Shown: piece after piece, positions 1 to 13,350 of the stretch
Layout: each line of letters opens with the position of its first letter
How positions within the stretch are numbered: position 1 is the first letter of the stretch
Origin: Neoconidiobolus thromboides FSU 785
Taxonomy: Eukaryota; Fungi; Entomophthoromycota
Length of the DNA stretch: 64,000 nt
NCBI GenBank assembly: GCA_025603075.1
Contig: MU626264.1
Coordinates: 62,001 to 126,000, forward strand
Direction: 5' to 3'
Position numbers and translations under genes: made by a program
Notes under the pieces: model-generated
What the model was told of the DNA's origin: nothing
Databases searched by the model: none
What the model saw: the letters and a program-made list of their open reading frames with translations, nothing else

Positions 1-80
1 TTATATTTTAAAAAGAAACAAAATATGATCAATTGACTAATCGTTTTTATTTATTTATTTATAAAAATTTCCAAATCTAG

Positions 81-3000
81 TTACCATTACGTCAAATCAT
101 TTATTTAGCTATTAAAGAGTTATCTTCTATTGCTCAAGATGTAATTATTATTACTAGTAGTTTAACAAAAGATATGCAACCTCAGAGTGAAGCTTTGTGT
201 CGACCAAACGCTATTCGTGCTTTATGTAAAATTACTGATGTAACTATTATTTTAATAGAAAAAAAATCTATAGCTAATAATTTCATCACTATAGGCCAGT
301 ATGTTACCCAGTATTGAACGTTTTTTAAAAGCAGCCATTGTAGATAAATCCGATTCCTCTATCAGTTCTGCTGCTTTAGTCAGTAGTTACCATTTATTTC
401 CACAAAGCAAAGAAGTGATTCGTCGTTGGTCCAATGAAGTACAATCAGCTATGGTAGCTAAAGGTTCTGGATTTAGTTCTATGGTATCCTCCTTTATGAG
501 ATCATCAGCGGTACAAATACCAAGTACTACTATCTCACAATATCATGCGTTAGGGTTAATGGCACTTATTCGTCAACAAGATAAAGTATCGATTAATAAA
601 TTAGTTCAAATGTTTGTTGGTGGTAATGGTATGTCAGCAGAAAGTTTAAAAGACCCATTTGCTCATTGCTATTTGATTCGACTTGCGGGGAAATCTATTG
701 AACAAAGTGGACAGTAAGTTTTAGATTGTACAACTATTTTTATGAATGTGTTATTGATTTTTATTAATTATTTAGATTTTCTAATGTAATTTATGATAAA
801 CTTTGTAATTGGTTACGCAATCGTAATGATTCTGTATCGCTCGAAGCTGCTAAAGTGATTTGTTCAATGCCAGGATTAACTGTAGAACAAATTTATCCAG
901 CTGTTAGAAGTAAGAAAAATTATTATATTAATATCAATATTAATATAAAACTTAATTTGATTTTTAATTAGCTTTACAACAATTTTTATCATCATCTAAA
1001 TCTGCTTTAAGATTTGCAGCTATTAGAACTATTAATCGAGTAGCACTTACCCATGCTAATGCTATGGTGAATTGGAAACTTGGTTTAGATGAACTTATTT
1101 CGGATTCTAATCGTTCAGTGGCTACCTTTGCTATTACAGCTTTACTTAAAATAGGAACTGAATCCACTATTGATGCTTTAATTAAACAAGTATCCTCTTT
1201 AATGAACGATATTTCAGATGAATTCCGAGTGATTGTAGTTGATGCCATCAAAAGCCTCGGGATCAAATTTCCTAGTAAACAACATGTATTATTAAACTTT
1301 TTATCTACAGTATTAAGAGATGAAGGGGGATATGAGTTTAAACGATCAGTTGTAGATGCAATTATTGAATTAGTACAAAGTTTACCCGAAAGTAAAGAAG
1401 GGGCTTTATCACACCTTTGTGAATTTATTGAAGATTGTGAATATTCTAAATTATCAGTTAAAATTCTTCATTTCCTTGGTTTAGAAGGACCAAAAACTTC
1501 GAATCCTACATTATATATTCGATTCATTTATAATCGTGTTATTCTTGAAACCGCTGTTGTTAGAGCGGCTGCTGTATCAGCTTTAGTTAAGTTCGCTGTA
1601 GGTATTGAAGATTTGAAAGTTAAAAAAAGTATTAGAGTATTATTGACTAGGTAATTAAAATAATTGTTTATTAATATAGAATAATAATAATATTTATTTT
1701 TATATATAAGATGTCTTGATGACCCAGATGATGAAGTTAGAGATCGAGCAGCATGGTCTTTAAGAGTTATGGAAAATGAAATTAATGCTAATGCCTTTAT
1801 TAAATCGGAACAAGTTTATCATTTAAGCACATTGGAACAATTATTAAGTGAATATTGTATGAATTCAGAAAAATCAAGTAATCCATTTGATATTGAAAAC
1901 GTACCAACTATTTTACGTGGGGAAGAAAGTAACTTTCAATCGAATCAAAGTAAATTATTTAAGATTTAGATTTAAGATAAATTTATTTTAATTTATTAAT
2001 TAGGAAATGCACCTCCAATTATTGATCCTGTATCTAAATCAAAAGATAAAAATAGTAATACTTCAGGAAATAATCAACAAAATTCAACTTCTGCTGTCCA
2101 ATTATTGGAAGCTTTACAAGTTAATTTAAAACGTTTAAATTCAGCTGTACCTGAAACTAAAGAATTTGGTTTACTTTTGAAATCTTCACCAATTTCAAGT
2201 CCACTTGATTTAACTGAAGCTGAAACCGAGTATGCTATTCAAGTTACTAAACATATTTTTAATAATCATATTGTTTTTGAGGTAAAAAGAGATTTCATTT
2301 TCTATTTTGTATATTTTTATACAAATCTAATTTAATTAATATATTTATTTTCTAGTTTTTATGTACTAATACTATTCAAGAAGTAGTACTTGAAAATTTA
2401 ATTGTTGAAATGGAAGAAGAAATTGGATCTAGTTTTGATTTATTAACTGGAGAACCAATTGATGAATTAACTTCAATAGGAGAAGTACCAGCAGAGAGTA
2501 TTTCATATAATACACCTGTAGCTACTTATGTAATTCGAAATAAACCAGCTAATGTTCCAGTAGCTGCTACATTTAGTAATTGTTTAAAATTTATTGCTAA
2601 AGAATGTGATCCAACTACTGGGGATATTGAAGAAGATGGGTTTGAAGATGATTATACAGTAAGTTTTATTTTTTGTTATAAAAAAAAGAATGAAAGAAAA
2701 GAAAATTAAATATTATTTTTTTATTAATTAGATTGATACACTCAAATTACAATTATCAGATTATATGATACCATCTATTTTAGCATCTAATAATGAAGGC
2801 GGTTTTCATTCTGTTTGGGAAAGTTTAGATCCATCAAAAGATGAAAATAATTGTCATTTAGTTGAAACATTTGAACTAAATGCGGTGGATAATTTACAAG
2901 GTAAATTACCGTAAATTAATTTATTTTTAGATATTAATGTTTATTATTTATTTATTATTTATTTATTATTTATATTTTAGATACTGTTTATCTCCTCACA

Positions 3001-3210
3001 GATTTATTAGGTATGCAATTAGTGGAAGGTCAAGTTGTTAAAGAAGAGGCTACTTTACATGCTTGTAATTTTACTGGTTTATTTTTAAATAGTATACCAT
3101 GTGCAGCTAAAATTCGTATGACATTAAGAAGTGGTATAATTACATTAGAATTAGCTGTTAGAGCTAAGGATTTAAATTTACCTCAAGCTATTGTTAATGC
3201 TGTGGTTTAA
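81..3210 (+). CDS. SEC21: Coatomer subunit gamma (gamma-COP), multi-exon, 5' end outside window
   Basis: Spliced exons give LRQIIYLAIKELSSIAQDVIIITSSLTKDM, RPNAIRALCKITD, DELISDSNRSVATFAITALLKIG, FLSTVLRDEGGYEFK, FIEDCEYSKL, YIRFIYNRVILE and a C-terminal appendage; GT-AG introns join the ORF pieces 301-717, 1064-1654, 1769-1969, 2105-2335, 2410-2709 and 3013-3210. Confidence 0.96.
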
Positions 3211-3375
3211 TCAATTGAAATAAAAACAACTTATCATAATATTTCCATATATATTTAATGTTAAGGCTTAACTGTTTTTTAGTTTCTTTTTTATGAAAAT
3301 ACAAAACTTTTTTACTTTTTGTAAATATCTTTTATTAAAAAGAATAAATGATATTTATTTTTCCATTATTTTATA

Positions 3376-6300
3376 TTAAGATAAAAAAGAAAAAGAATTT
3401 TTTGAGTATTGTTCATAAATTAAATCTAAGCCATGATCTTCCGTTTCTTGAATCTAAATAAATATAATTTATTAATATCTTTTTACTATAAAATCTATTT
3501 AAACAATAAATTAACTTACTTTTTCAATAAACAATTGATGATTCATTGCTTCTTCTTCCATAACTTTATCTAATTTTAAAATCATTTGATCTTTATTTTC
3601 ACAAATTGGGCATGTTTCTCGAGTTTGTCCTAAGCATCTATTTATTTTATGAAATAAAATATAAATTTAAATTATTATAAATAATAAATCAATTACCTAA
3701 TATGAAATGAATGCTTACATAAAAAGTGTAGTAATGGTAAATCTAATGGTGTTGAACAGGAAGAACATTTAGTTAGTTGGAAGATTTTAACCCTAATTAA
3801 AATAATAATAATAATTAATATTCAATTAAAATAATTAATAACAATAATGATTCAATTACTTGTTTTTCAATTCTTCCAATTCTATTTCCTTCTTTTGATT
3901 TTCCACTTCATACGCCAAATTTCTCGCTTGATCCTAAAAAAACTCAATATTAGTAACTCGTCTTTAACCTTCAACATCGCCTCCCTCTTGTTTTATCTTC
4001 TTTCTTTCTATTTTTCTCTGTCTATTTACCTTTTCAATTGAATTTAAATCCTGTTTAATACCTTTTAAAATAAAAGGTTTTAAAGTACCAATAGTAACAA
4101 TCGAGTTTCTGGATAAAGCTTGAATAACGTGTAATGGTGGAATAATATTATTATCTTCAATAATATCTAAAACTTGACGAAATTGAATTGGATAATTTAA
4201 TATAGCATGATTACTAGTGGAAAAATATTCCAATGTTAAATGATATAAATAAACTTCTTTAAATCTAATATATTAAATTATTATTAAATTATTATTAAAT
4301 ATTTGAAATTACCCATATTTTCTTAATGTTTCTAATATATTATTAACATCTTGTAATTTAATATAATGATTTAATATATCTTGGTACATTTCCAATTTTT
4401 CAAATAAAAGTATTAATCCTTCATCAAATGAATATTGTTTACATAATACCATAGCAAAATTAATATCATAATTAATCTATATAAAAATCAACTAAAATTA
4501 ATTAAATAATTAAATAATAATTACCTTTTTATTATTTAAAATAAATAAAATTTTATTTTTTAATGTTTGATAATAATTCTTTTTATCTTCATTAAATAAT
4601 ATCTCTGAATTAAAATTAGCTAAATATAATTCTAATAATGTATCCCAAATAATCGTTTCTTCTTTATTATTCATACTATTTCTTCTTCCATTTTTTTCAT
4701 TATTATTAATATTAATAGATTGATGTTTAATATTATTTAAATCCAAATTAAATTGAATATTAACATATTGTTCTAAATATAATATACAATAAATCGGATA
4801 ATCAATAAATATACTAATAAATTCAATTGGGTTAATATTCTTATTCTTATTTTCTGTACTTAATTGAATTAATAATTGAATTAGTTTATCATGTATATTT
4901 TTAATTAAAATACGTCCATATTCCATAACATAATATTTTTGTTCTTCTTGACTCAACTCAAGTAAATATTCATATCCCTGTTTGTATTCGCATTGATCTT
5001 CAATAAGTATCTTTAAACACCAATCATGTTGTTGATATTTTTTAGCTAATTCTAAAGCTTGATTAAAATATTGAGCTTGTCTTAATACTTTAATTCCTAT
5101 CTCTAATTCAAAATTTAATTCCATTGTTGTATTTGAATTTATAAATTGTTCAATTTTATCTTCTTCTTTTAGTTTAGTATAACAATTTAATAATAATGTA
5201 GTATGATCCGGATTTGCCATTTTACTAGGATGATTATGTAATGCTTGTAAATATCTTGTTAAACTTTGTAAGCGTTGGCCATCTAAATACTTTTGTTATT
5301 TATTATTAATTTAGTAAAATAAATTAATTATTGTTATAATTTAAACTTACTTTTCTAATAACATAACTAGGTTCTAAATAAGCTAAAGTATTTATATATT
5401 GGTCCATAGCATCATCAAACTCTCCTTTTTGATATAAAAAATCTGCAAATTTTTTATGAATATCTGCTAATTGTTTATTATCCACTCCTTTGTTAGATTG
5501 ACAAATATTTAAACTTAATTGAAATAAATCTTGTTTTAATAAGATTTCTAATTTATTTTGTACTTCTTTTTCATAAATTTTAATTAATTCTCCATCTTTT
5601 AATAATATATAAAAACAATTATTAGTATAACATAAATTTTGAATATTTTGTTCAAAGTTATAAGAATAAGCTATTAATTTTTGAGTGACATCATAGATCT
5701 CTATTTTTTTACTTTCTTGTCGTTCTTCTTCACTAATCATATCTTGAATTCGATAAGGTTGTACTCGATCCATCAATGGTGATAATATTACTAATTGTGT
5801 ATCATACCATCCAATACTACTTTTAATACCTTAATAAAATTAATTTATTATTTGTATAATATTCTTTTGATTACCTTCAAATGCTAAACAAGGCCCTCTT
5901 CCTTCTGTATCATAAAAATAAAATGCCTAAAGTAAATGTTATAAATATTGTATATACGGATTATTATTAGATTAAAATTACATCATTTCTAGCCATTGTA
6001 ATGCCTTTATGAAAGGAATTATCAACCATTGAAGTACAATTTAAATTACATCCTTGATCATCTAATACTTGCTAGAATAAAATAATTTAATTATTATTTA
6101 TAATACATACATTAATATTTAATAGTATACTTTGTATTCGTGATTTCCAATAGAATAAGTTAATATTTCTCTTGTAGTTATAATAAATAAAGTTAATTGT
6201 TCTTCATTATTGTAATCACTAAATCCTAGTCCTAAGTAGAATGATGTTAATAAATTAATAGTTAGTTATACTTATTATTATTAATATTATTAATATTATT

Positions 6301-7072
6301 AATTATTTACCAGTTATCTTTTCAGTACAAGTATGAATTACTTTTTGTTTAATGAATCGATCTTTAATTAAATTGGCTTGAATTAAGATGACTTGACCAT
6401 CCATCGAACCCACGACTAAGTTATTCTTATCTTTAGAAATTGAGAGGCAAGAAAGCTAAGGAAGATGATATATTAATATTTGAAAAATAAATGAATAAAA
6501 TTTACCTTTGCTAAACTATTATTTAATTTAAGTGTTTTTAAACAATTAGGTAAGTTTTTATTAATATTTAACCAAGTTCGATTTAAAAATTTCGTTTTTG
6601 GAAATAATTCCCATACTTTTAATATTGGTACAAAATTATTATCTCCACTTCCACCCTCTGATTCCTATTATAAAAGAATAAAATTGTTAGTTACTTAAAT
6701 AATTGTTTTCTTAAAGATATAGATTTTAAAGAATAATAAATGATAATCGGACTTACCCCTATAGTGAGTAATATATCTTCTTCTTCATTTAAATAATGTA
6801 AAAATTTGACGGAATAAGAACTCTCTTCATAAGCTTGATATTTTTGTTTAATTGCTAAATTGGTATCTAATAAAATCACATTGCCTAAACTATCTGTGAC
6901 AATTAAGCCTTTAGGAGTTCCATGTAATTGAATTTTATTATCCTAAATAAATGATACCTAGTGTTATATGATTTAATATAAAGATGATATAATTTACTGA
7001 AACTAAGTTATTTAAATTAGTTATTGTTGTTTGTTGATAAAACTCAAAATGCTTTAAATGATAAGAACCCAT
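3376..7072 (-). CDS. VPS11: Vacuolar protein sorting protein 11 (HOPS/CORVET core; beta-propeller, clathrin repeat, C-terminal RING), multi-exon
   Basis: Start MGSYHLKHFEFYQQ (ATG 7072). Internal ADIHKKFADFLYQKGEFDDAMDQYINTLAYLEPSYVIRK, ANPDHTTLLLNCYTKLK and IPPLHVIQALSRN. C-terminal CSSC..PL.LP..HFLCKHSFH..CL....CPIC RING; stop at 3376. Confidence 0.93.
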
Positions 7073-7265
7073 TTGAAATTAAAATATTAGAAAAATAGAT
7101 TATAATTTGTGATGTAGATTTTTGTTGTTAAATTGCATCATGAAAAATTTAACCAATAGAAAATTATCAAAAATTCTGCTAATAACATTTAAAAAATAAA
7201 CAATATTGTTATAAACAAAATTATATGTATAATTCAAATTCAAAATAGTGACATTTTATTTTATT

Positions 7266-8790
7266 TTATTTATGACTTTGTCCCACAATTTTTTCCCAAC
7301 TTGTATTGTTCTTTTTTAATATCTCCACTGCTTGTTGTTTAATTTCTAATGGTGCGATTGGTCCACGGTAACCAAAATGAGTGTAAAATTGAACAAGGGA
7401 AGCTCCAGCCATAGCAAAATCAATAGCATCTTGTCCACTGCTGATACCACCGCAACCAATTATCTTAATTTTACCTTCGGTCAATTTATATAACTGACTA
7501 ACTTTTTCTATTGCTTTTTCTTTTAATGGAGTACCAGATAAACCTCCAGCTTCAGCTACTATTTTAGGGCTAGTTTTACCTAAAGAATATGTTTTAGTTT
7601 GTCATGTAATTAAATGGAAGTTGATTTTGTTTTACCAGTTTTAAGTGTACTTGGTCTAGCTAATGTAGTATTTGATACAATAATACCATCTAATTTTAAT
7701 TCTAAAGCTACTTGAGCAATATCTTTTAATTCTTGATCATTAACATCGGGAGCAATTTTAACTAATAATGGTAATTCACTAGATAAATTATCCCTTTCCT
7801 TAATTACCTATTCAAAATTAATATTAACATAAATCATCTAAATAAAATAGATAATAAAATAATAGCTTACACTTCCAATTAATTCTTTAAAATAACTAAC
7901 TTTTTGTAACTCTCTTAAACCTGGAGTATTTGGAGATGAAATATTAACAACTAAGTAATCAGCATAAGGACCCAAATCTTTAACTCCAGTTAAATAGTCA
8001 TCCACACTTTCCATTGTTGAAGTTTTATTTTTTCCTAAATTAATACCTAATAATTTACCCTCAATACCACTTTTATTTATTGGTAAATTATATTCATTTT
8101 CTATATTATCTTTTTCCCAATTGATATTCTTAATATGTTTCCAATATCTAGACTTTAACCTTAATTGGACTTCTTCGTGTCCGTCTGAATTAAAACCATA
8201 GCGATTGATTACAGCTTTATCTTCTGGTAATCTAAAAAATCGTGGTTTTGGGTTGCCTTCCTATCATTCAAATTTAAACATTTAATTATGTATTTTAAAA
8301 AAATAAAACTATTTACCTGTGGTTTAGGAGTAACAGAACCGACTTCTACCAAACCAAAGCCTAAATCAAACATGGCATCAATAGCTTCCCCATTTTTATC
8401 ATAGCCAGCGGCTAAACCAATTGGATTTTTAATTTCTTTACCAAAGATATTCACTTTCATCACTTCGTCATCACTTACCATCTCTTTAGGTGTTAAATGA
8501 TATTTAGCTGCTATTATAGATAATTTATGACTTTCTTCAGCATCAAAAAAATATCTCATTAAAGGATTGATTACATGACTATGAATTCCACTTCGTGAAT
8601 CCATATAATAAAATGAAAATAACCCTAAAGAAAGTACAGTTCCTACAATATATCCACTATCACGTAAGGACTCATAAGTGCTTAATGGTTTACTACTACT
8701 GAATAAAGTACGACTGGATTGAGTTATTGACTGGAATGGTTTGATGCTCTTGCTCGCCTTGCTTGCTAATTGGAAGCCGTGTAACAACAT
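7266..8790 (-). CDS. URA9: Dihydroorotate dehydrogenase (quinone, class 2, mitochondrial), multi-exon
   Basis: [92 protein letters not shown]; N-terminal presequence-like segment plus TM. ATG taken at 8790; the frame is open further upstream to 8946. Confidence 0.95.
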
Positions 8791-9615
8791 TCTCGTTTTT
8801 TTATAGATTGAGAAAAAGTTATTGGTCGTGTTTTTTTTGATTTCGAGATTGGTTGAATTATTATTGCAATTTTGGGAGTGTTTTTGCAAAAAACATCCCC
8901 AAATGTTCTTTTTGGCTGGGACTTGAGTTAAAAGGTTGAGTTTCATGAAAACAGGAATTGATGGATGTTTTTCGAGTCTTGATCATCACTATTAAAAGAT
9001 AAAGATTTTTAAAAAATAAAAGCCAGTTTTTAATATAATTTGATTGTTTGATTTGGAAATATTAATAAATATATAGAAAGCTCACTTTTGTGCTCCTATA
9101 GCTATAAAAATTTTACTATGTCTTTGCTTTTTGTACAATCTGTAATATTCTTTAAATTTTTTTAGATGAAAAGACATGACTATATACCAAAATTTATTAT
9201 TCAATGCGTTTATTATAACAGTTAATTTAAATATTTAAAAAAGAGTAAGTGTTGAACTAGTTTTGATGTAATCTATACTATCCGTAATCAATATTGGGAA
9301 AGCTTAAGTTGTATAGCTTATAGTATTATAAATAGATAAAAATACATAATAATAAAATAATATTGATGCAATCTTTATCATTTAGATAAAAAATAAATGC
9401 CTTAAAAATTAGTGCCCTATATATTCAATATTCTTAGTAATCGGTATAAATAGAAAGTATAAATAGAAAACAAATCTCTTCCTCCTTTAACTTTTACTTA
9501 AATTACAAATGATTGTACTTTAAATTAGATACTTTACCGAGCATTGTAATGGATATTATCTTTAATTTTTTATCACCAGAATAGCTGTTTGATTTAAGAT
9601 TTAAAAAAAAGCATT

Positions 9616-9713
9616 GAGAATGTATTTTTGTATTTAAGAATTTCACTAACAATTTTCCCACTCAAATAGCGCCTAAAAGATGGAAAAAATAATGAAGTCA
9701 AAAAAACATCCTC
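9616..9713 (+). mobile_element. ~98-bp MITE copy (orientation A, defined as starting GGGGATGTATTTTTG)
   Basis: GAGAATGTATTTTTG...AAAAAACATCCTC termini, internal match to the other copies; TSD ambiguous. Confidence 0.85.
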
Positions 9714-9880
9714 ATTGTTTAGATAGGTTAGTCAACTTATTTTTAATGATTTATACTAATGTATTGATTCAAATTTACTACCTTAATCAAGTTTTATACT
9801 GTTCAAAGTCATTATATTATAACATTCAATCTTCTTTTTATAAAACTCATACTAATAACATGCAATATTTAAGGATATAT

Positions 9881-9966
9881 AGGGGTGTTTTTTTTTGGCT
9901 ATCATTATTTTTTCCATCTTTTAAGCGTCATTTGAGTAGAATAACTACTGGTAAAATTCTCAAATA
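9881..9966 (-). mobile_element. MITE copy, truncated at one end
   Basis: ATAT-AGGGGTGTTTTTTTTTGGCTATCATTATTTTTTCCATCTTTTAAGCG...; the second TIR is missing. Confidence 0.75.
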
Positions 9967-10033
9967 TATTGTTGAGAACTATAAGCAAAAATAAAAGAAA
10001 GAAATAGTTGAAGATATTAATTGTTTTATATAT

Positions 10034-10131
10034 GGGGATGTTTTTTTTGATTCCATTACTTTTCCATTTTTTAAGCGCTATTTGAGTGGGAAAATTCTTA
10101 GTAAAATTTATAAACGAAAAAATACATCCTC
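10034..10131 (-). mobile_element. MITE copy with ATAT TSD
   Basis: ATAT-GGGGATG...CATCCTC-ATAT, 98 bp. Confidence 0.92.
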
Positions 10132-10769
10132 ATATTCTAAATCGATTAAAAAGTATATTTTTAAATAAGAATTTTAATAGTTTAATTCTAATAGTAAATA
10201 GTATTTATGATAAGCAACTGTTTTTAGCTCAAGTTGATAAAATAATAATAGCTGATAATAAATTATAAGTAATAAAGTAAGATTTTAATTTTAAAGCCAA
10301 AGGTAACTTTATTTGAATTTAAAAAAGTTAAATTTAAATTTTATAACAATATTGTAGTAGATATTTCTAAATAGATTCATCAAAAAGCAACCAAAATAAA
10401 TAATTTTGTATTATAAATCTATAAATTTAATTTCTTCGACTTTTATATTATATATTAAATATTAAATATATTTACATTTTCATTGTATATTAAAAAGAAT
10501 TGTTTATAACATTGAATTTATAAAATGATTTTTAGAGAAAAAACACCTTAAACAGCTTTTAAAACCATATTATACTTTACAAAAATAACAATATTTTATT
10601 GACTTTAGCCATTGAATTGAAAATAATGTTAATACAAAATTAAATACAATATTAACATCAAATACTACAACTTAGTCAAAAAATAAGACATAATAAAAAT
10701 ACATCTAAGTTAAGACTAAATCTTTTTCAAACCTAGTTTGTTAAATACACCCCCCCTATTAATTCAAAT

Positions 10770-11310
10770 AACAAGCTTATATTACTAATATAGACTAATT
10801 GCTTATTTAAATATGATATAATATAAAAGTTGGTGCTTAGTAATTAGAATTAAGAGCAGTTTTTGCTTAATTGACTAGTTATAAGTCAAAAGGTTTTGAT
10901 TTACATAACTAAGATTAGCTTGAATTTGTAGGAATAGTATATAATAAGCAATAAACTATATAAAACAAATAAAATAAAATAAAAGATACTACTATAAAAT
11001 ATCATAAAACTTAGTAGCTTTATTAAAGTATAATATCAGGAAATAATTTAGTTAAAAAACTTTTAAGTAGTATATTAAAAACCTTGTTTTCTGTTTTAAT
11101 TGGGTAGTCATATATATGGAATATAATAAGAGCTATAATTTATTATTATAATTGCTGAATATAGATATAAAAAAAGAATTAATGTTTTTTGCAGTTAGAT
11201 GGTAGAAATTTTCACAGAAAATCAAAATAAAGAATTATGAATTAGTTATACCATATAAATCATAATTAATCATAAAGCAATAAAGCAATGTTTCATAAAG
11301 GATATTTAAG
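10770..11310 (-). repeat. Degenerate dispersed repeat, family C (boundaries approximate)
   Basis: Reverse complement aligns by eye to 15985-16410, 59900-60230 and 60390-60660 (e.g. GAAAATTTCTACCATCTAACTGCAAAAAACATT vs AAAAATTTCTACCACCTGATTGCAAAAACATT). Confidence 0.65.
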
Positions 11311-11543
11311 CTATGTTTTATTAGTCTTCAGACTTTAATTATATTAAACCTTGGCAAAATATATACAATTAGTCTTTCTAATTAAAATAAATAAAAATTT
11401 TGAATAATGTCTCAAACTTGACATCAACTTACAATTTTTAGCTGGCTATTATTAAATTGTTTTATTATAATAATATTAATTGTATGAGTTTATTATGAGA
11501 CTTTATAGACTGGGCTATAAATCTATAAAACAAACAGCATTTA

Positions 11544-11627
11544 GGGGGGTTTGATTTGGTCACTTTTTCTATTTCCAAGCGTTATTTAAGTAGGATAGTT
11601 AACAAAAGGTTTAAAAAATACATTCCT
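11544..11627 (-). mobile_element. Highly degenerate MITE copy
   Basis: GGGGGGTTTG...CCAAGCGTTATTTAAGT...AAAAAATACATTCC resembles the family consensus with deletions. Confidence 0.45.
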
Positions 11628-12194
11628 ATTTATTTAGATCTCTTTATAGAATAAAAACTCTGCTACAATTAAATTTAAAAAATACATGTTTAAAACTTCA
11701 CTTCAGAAGAGCAAACTCTGAATTAACTTATCTTTTTCTATCTGATACTATAATTATATTTATTTTGTATTTATTTAGCTTTACTATTTAATAAAAATAA
11801 TTAATTCTTTTAACATTTAAATTGAAGCAAGTTTAAAAAATTTAGTTATATTTTTTATTGTTAAAAATAAATAAATAGTTATATAAACTAATTATAATAA
11901 TCTATAGAATACAAACAGTATTGCTTTTATAATAAATATTATAAAAAAGCTACTTATTATTTCATTTTATTTTATTTTATTATATAAGATATATAAGATA
12001 TATTAAGCTTTACTAACTATCTTTATTATTACACTCAACTCAAATATCTAAAATATATATAAATGCTAGATCAACTTTGATATAACTTATATTATTAAGC
12101 ATAGGTATAATATTAATCAAGCCTAACTTATGTAGCTTTTAATATTATAAGTAAAAGTTTTTACAATTTTAAGCTAATCCCAATGTAATTATAT

Positions 12195-12246
12195 CACTTA
12201 AAAGATGGAAAAAGTAATGAAGCCAAAAAAACATCCCCACATCCTC
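12195..12246 (+). mobile_element. MITE half-copy with doubled terminus
   Basis: CACTTAAAAGATGGAAAAAGTAATGAAGCCAAAAAAACATCCCC-A-CATCCTC-ATAT. Confidence 0.7.
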
Positions 12247-12318
12247 ATATATAATACTTGAATCTAAAATACCATTAATTGATAATTTAGCATTATGTCT
12301 TAATATCAAATGCTATAT

Positions 12319-12419
12319 AGGGATGTATTTTTGTGTTTGAGAATTTTACTAACAATTTTTCTGCCCAAGTGGCACTTAAAGGATGAAAAAAATGATAAAG
12401 TTAAAAAGGATACCCCCCT
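12319..12419 (+). mobile_element. MITE copy
   Basis: ATAT-AGGGATGTATTTTTGTG...GGATACCCCCCT-ATAC; TSD has one mismatch. Confidence 0.85.
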
Positions 12420-12615
12420 ATACATTAAGTCATTATTTTTAATAACAAAATATAATAAAATACTTTATATATCCTGCTTATTTTTTTAAATAACTTCATT
12501 ATTAATAATTTTAGCAGCTAAAGTTGTTATTTTTTAATATTAATTAATATATTAAATTAAACATATTTGAAAAATAACTTTTGACAAAAATAAAGCAAAT
12601 AAATAAAAAACATTT

Positions 12616-12711
12616 GGGGTGTATTTTTGTATTTAAGGATTTTACCAATAAATTTCTCACTTAAATAGCGGTTAAAAAATGGAAAAAGTAATGAAACCAA
12701 AAAACATCCTC
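12616..12711 (+). mobile_element. MITE copy with ATTT TSD
   Basis: ATTT-GGGGTGTATTTTTG...AAAACATCCTC-ATTT. Confidence 0.9.
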
Positions 12712-12742
12712 ATTTGCTTGTAAGATTATAATACTTTTCTAC

Positions 12743-12795
12743 ATTATATTATATTATATTATATTATATTATATTACATTATATTATATTATATT
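12743..12795. repeat. (ATTAT)n microsatellite
   Basis: Direct reading of about 10 near-perfect pentamer units. Confidence 0.85.
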
Positions 12796-13195
12796 TATAA
12801 TATAAAAAAACATGAATTTAACTAGTATAAAAATAAATCAAAGTGGTTTTATTAATTATATTATCTACTATTTTTTTTGCAAAATTTATTTTTAATTGTA
12901 TTATTATTATTTAAAATTTATTCAATAAATTAAACATTTTTTACTTAAGACAATAACAAAAGGTACTTTTAGTAATATTACTTCTAAAAAAGCTTTGTAG
13001 TATAACTTTAAGTTTCATAAAAGCAATAATTTAATGTTTTAAATTGACTAAAACTGAATTTGAATTCAACGCTTATTAAATAGTTAAAAGCCTTATACTT
13101 TTCTTATGAAGTTAATCTGTTTGAAGTATTAAGCCTGAAGATATAGAAGATCAATAAGAGAAGGAAATATTTTTATAAAAAGAAATACAAAGTTA

Positions 13196-13267
13196 TGCCC
13201 GATAGCGGGATCGAACCACTGATCTTCAGTTTACAAGACTGACGCCTTACCACTTGGCCAAACGGGC
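13196..13267 (-). tRNA. tRNA-Thr (anticodon UGU), intronless
   Basis: Reverse complement GCCCGTT-TGGCCAAGTGGTAAGGCG-TCAGT CT TGT AA ACTGA-AGATC-AGTGG TTCGATC CCGCT-ATCGGGC-A folds as a cloverleaf; one U-U mismatch in the acceptor stem. Confidence 0.92.
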
Positions 13268-13350
13268 TTTTTCAGGTTTTAAGTTTTATAAATTTAAATT
13301 ATTAGTTAAAATTTTTAATAACTTTGCAACAATTGAACTCAAAAAACAAG

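Noticed and set aside
964-1266. Short opposite-strand ORFs overlapping real genes (964-1266, 3847-4041, 20688-20873, 21522-21707, 22131-22313, 30422-30682, 33738-33980, 43251-43454, 48917-49117, 52535-52753)
   Set aside because: Antisense shadows of conserved exons, often relying on non-ATG starts; no independent motifs.
9680-10268. Track ORFs 9680-9994 and 10086-10268 (also 41076-41258 and 58708-58947) as a small-protein family
   Set aside because: The shared peptide comes from reading through MITE copies, and the rest is AT-rich noise.
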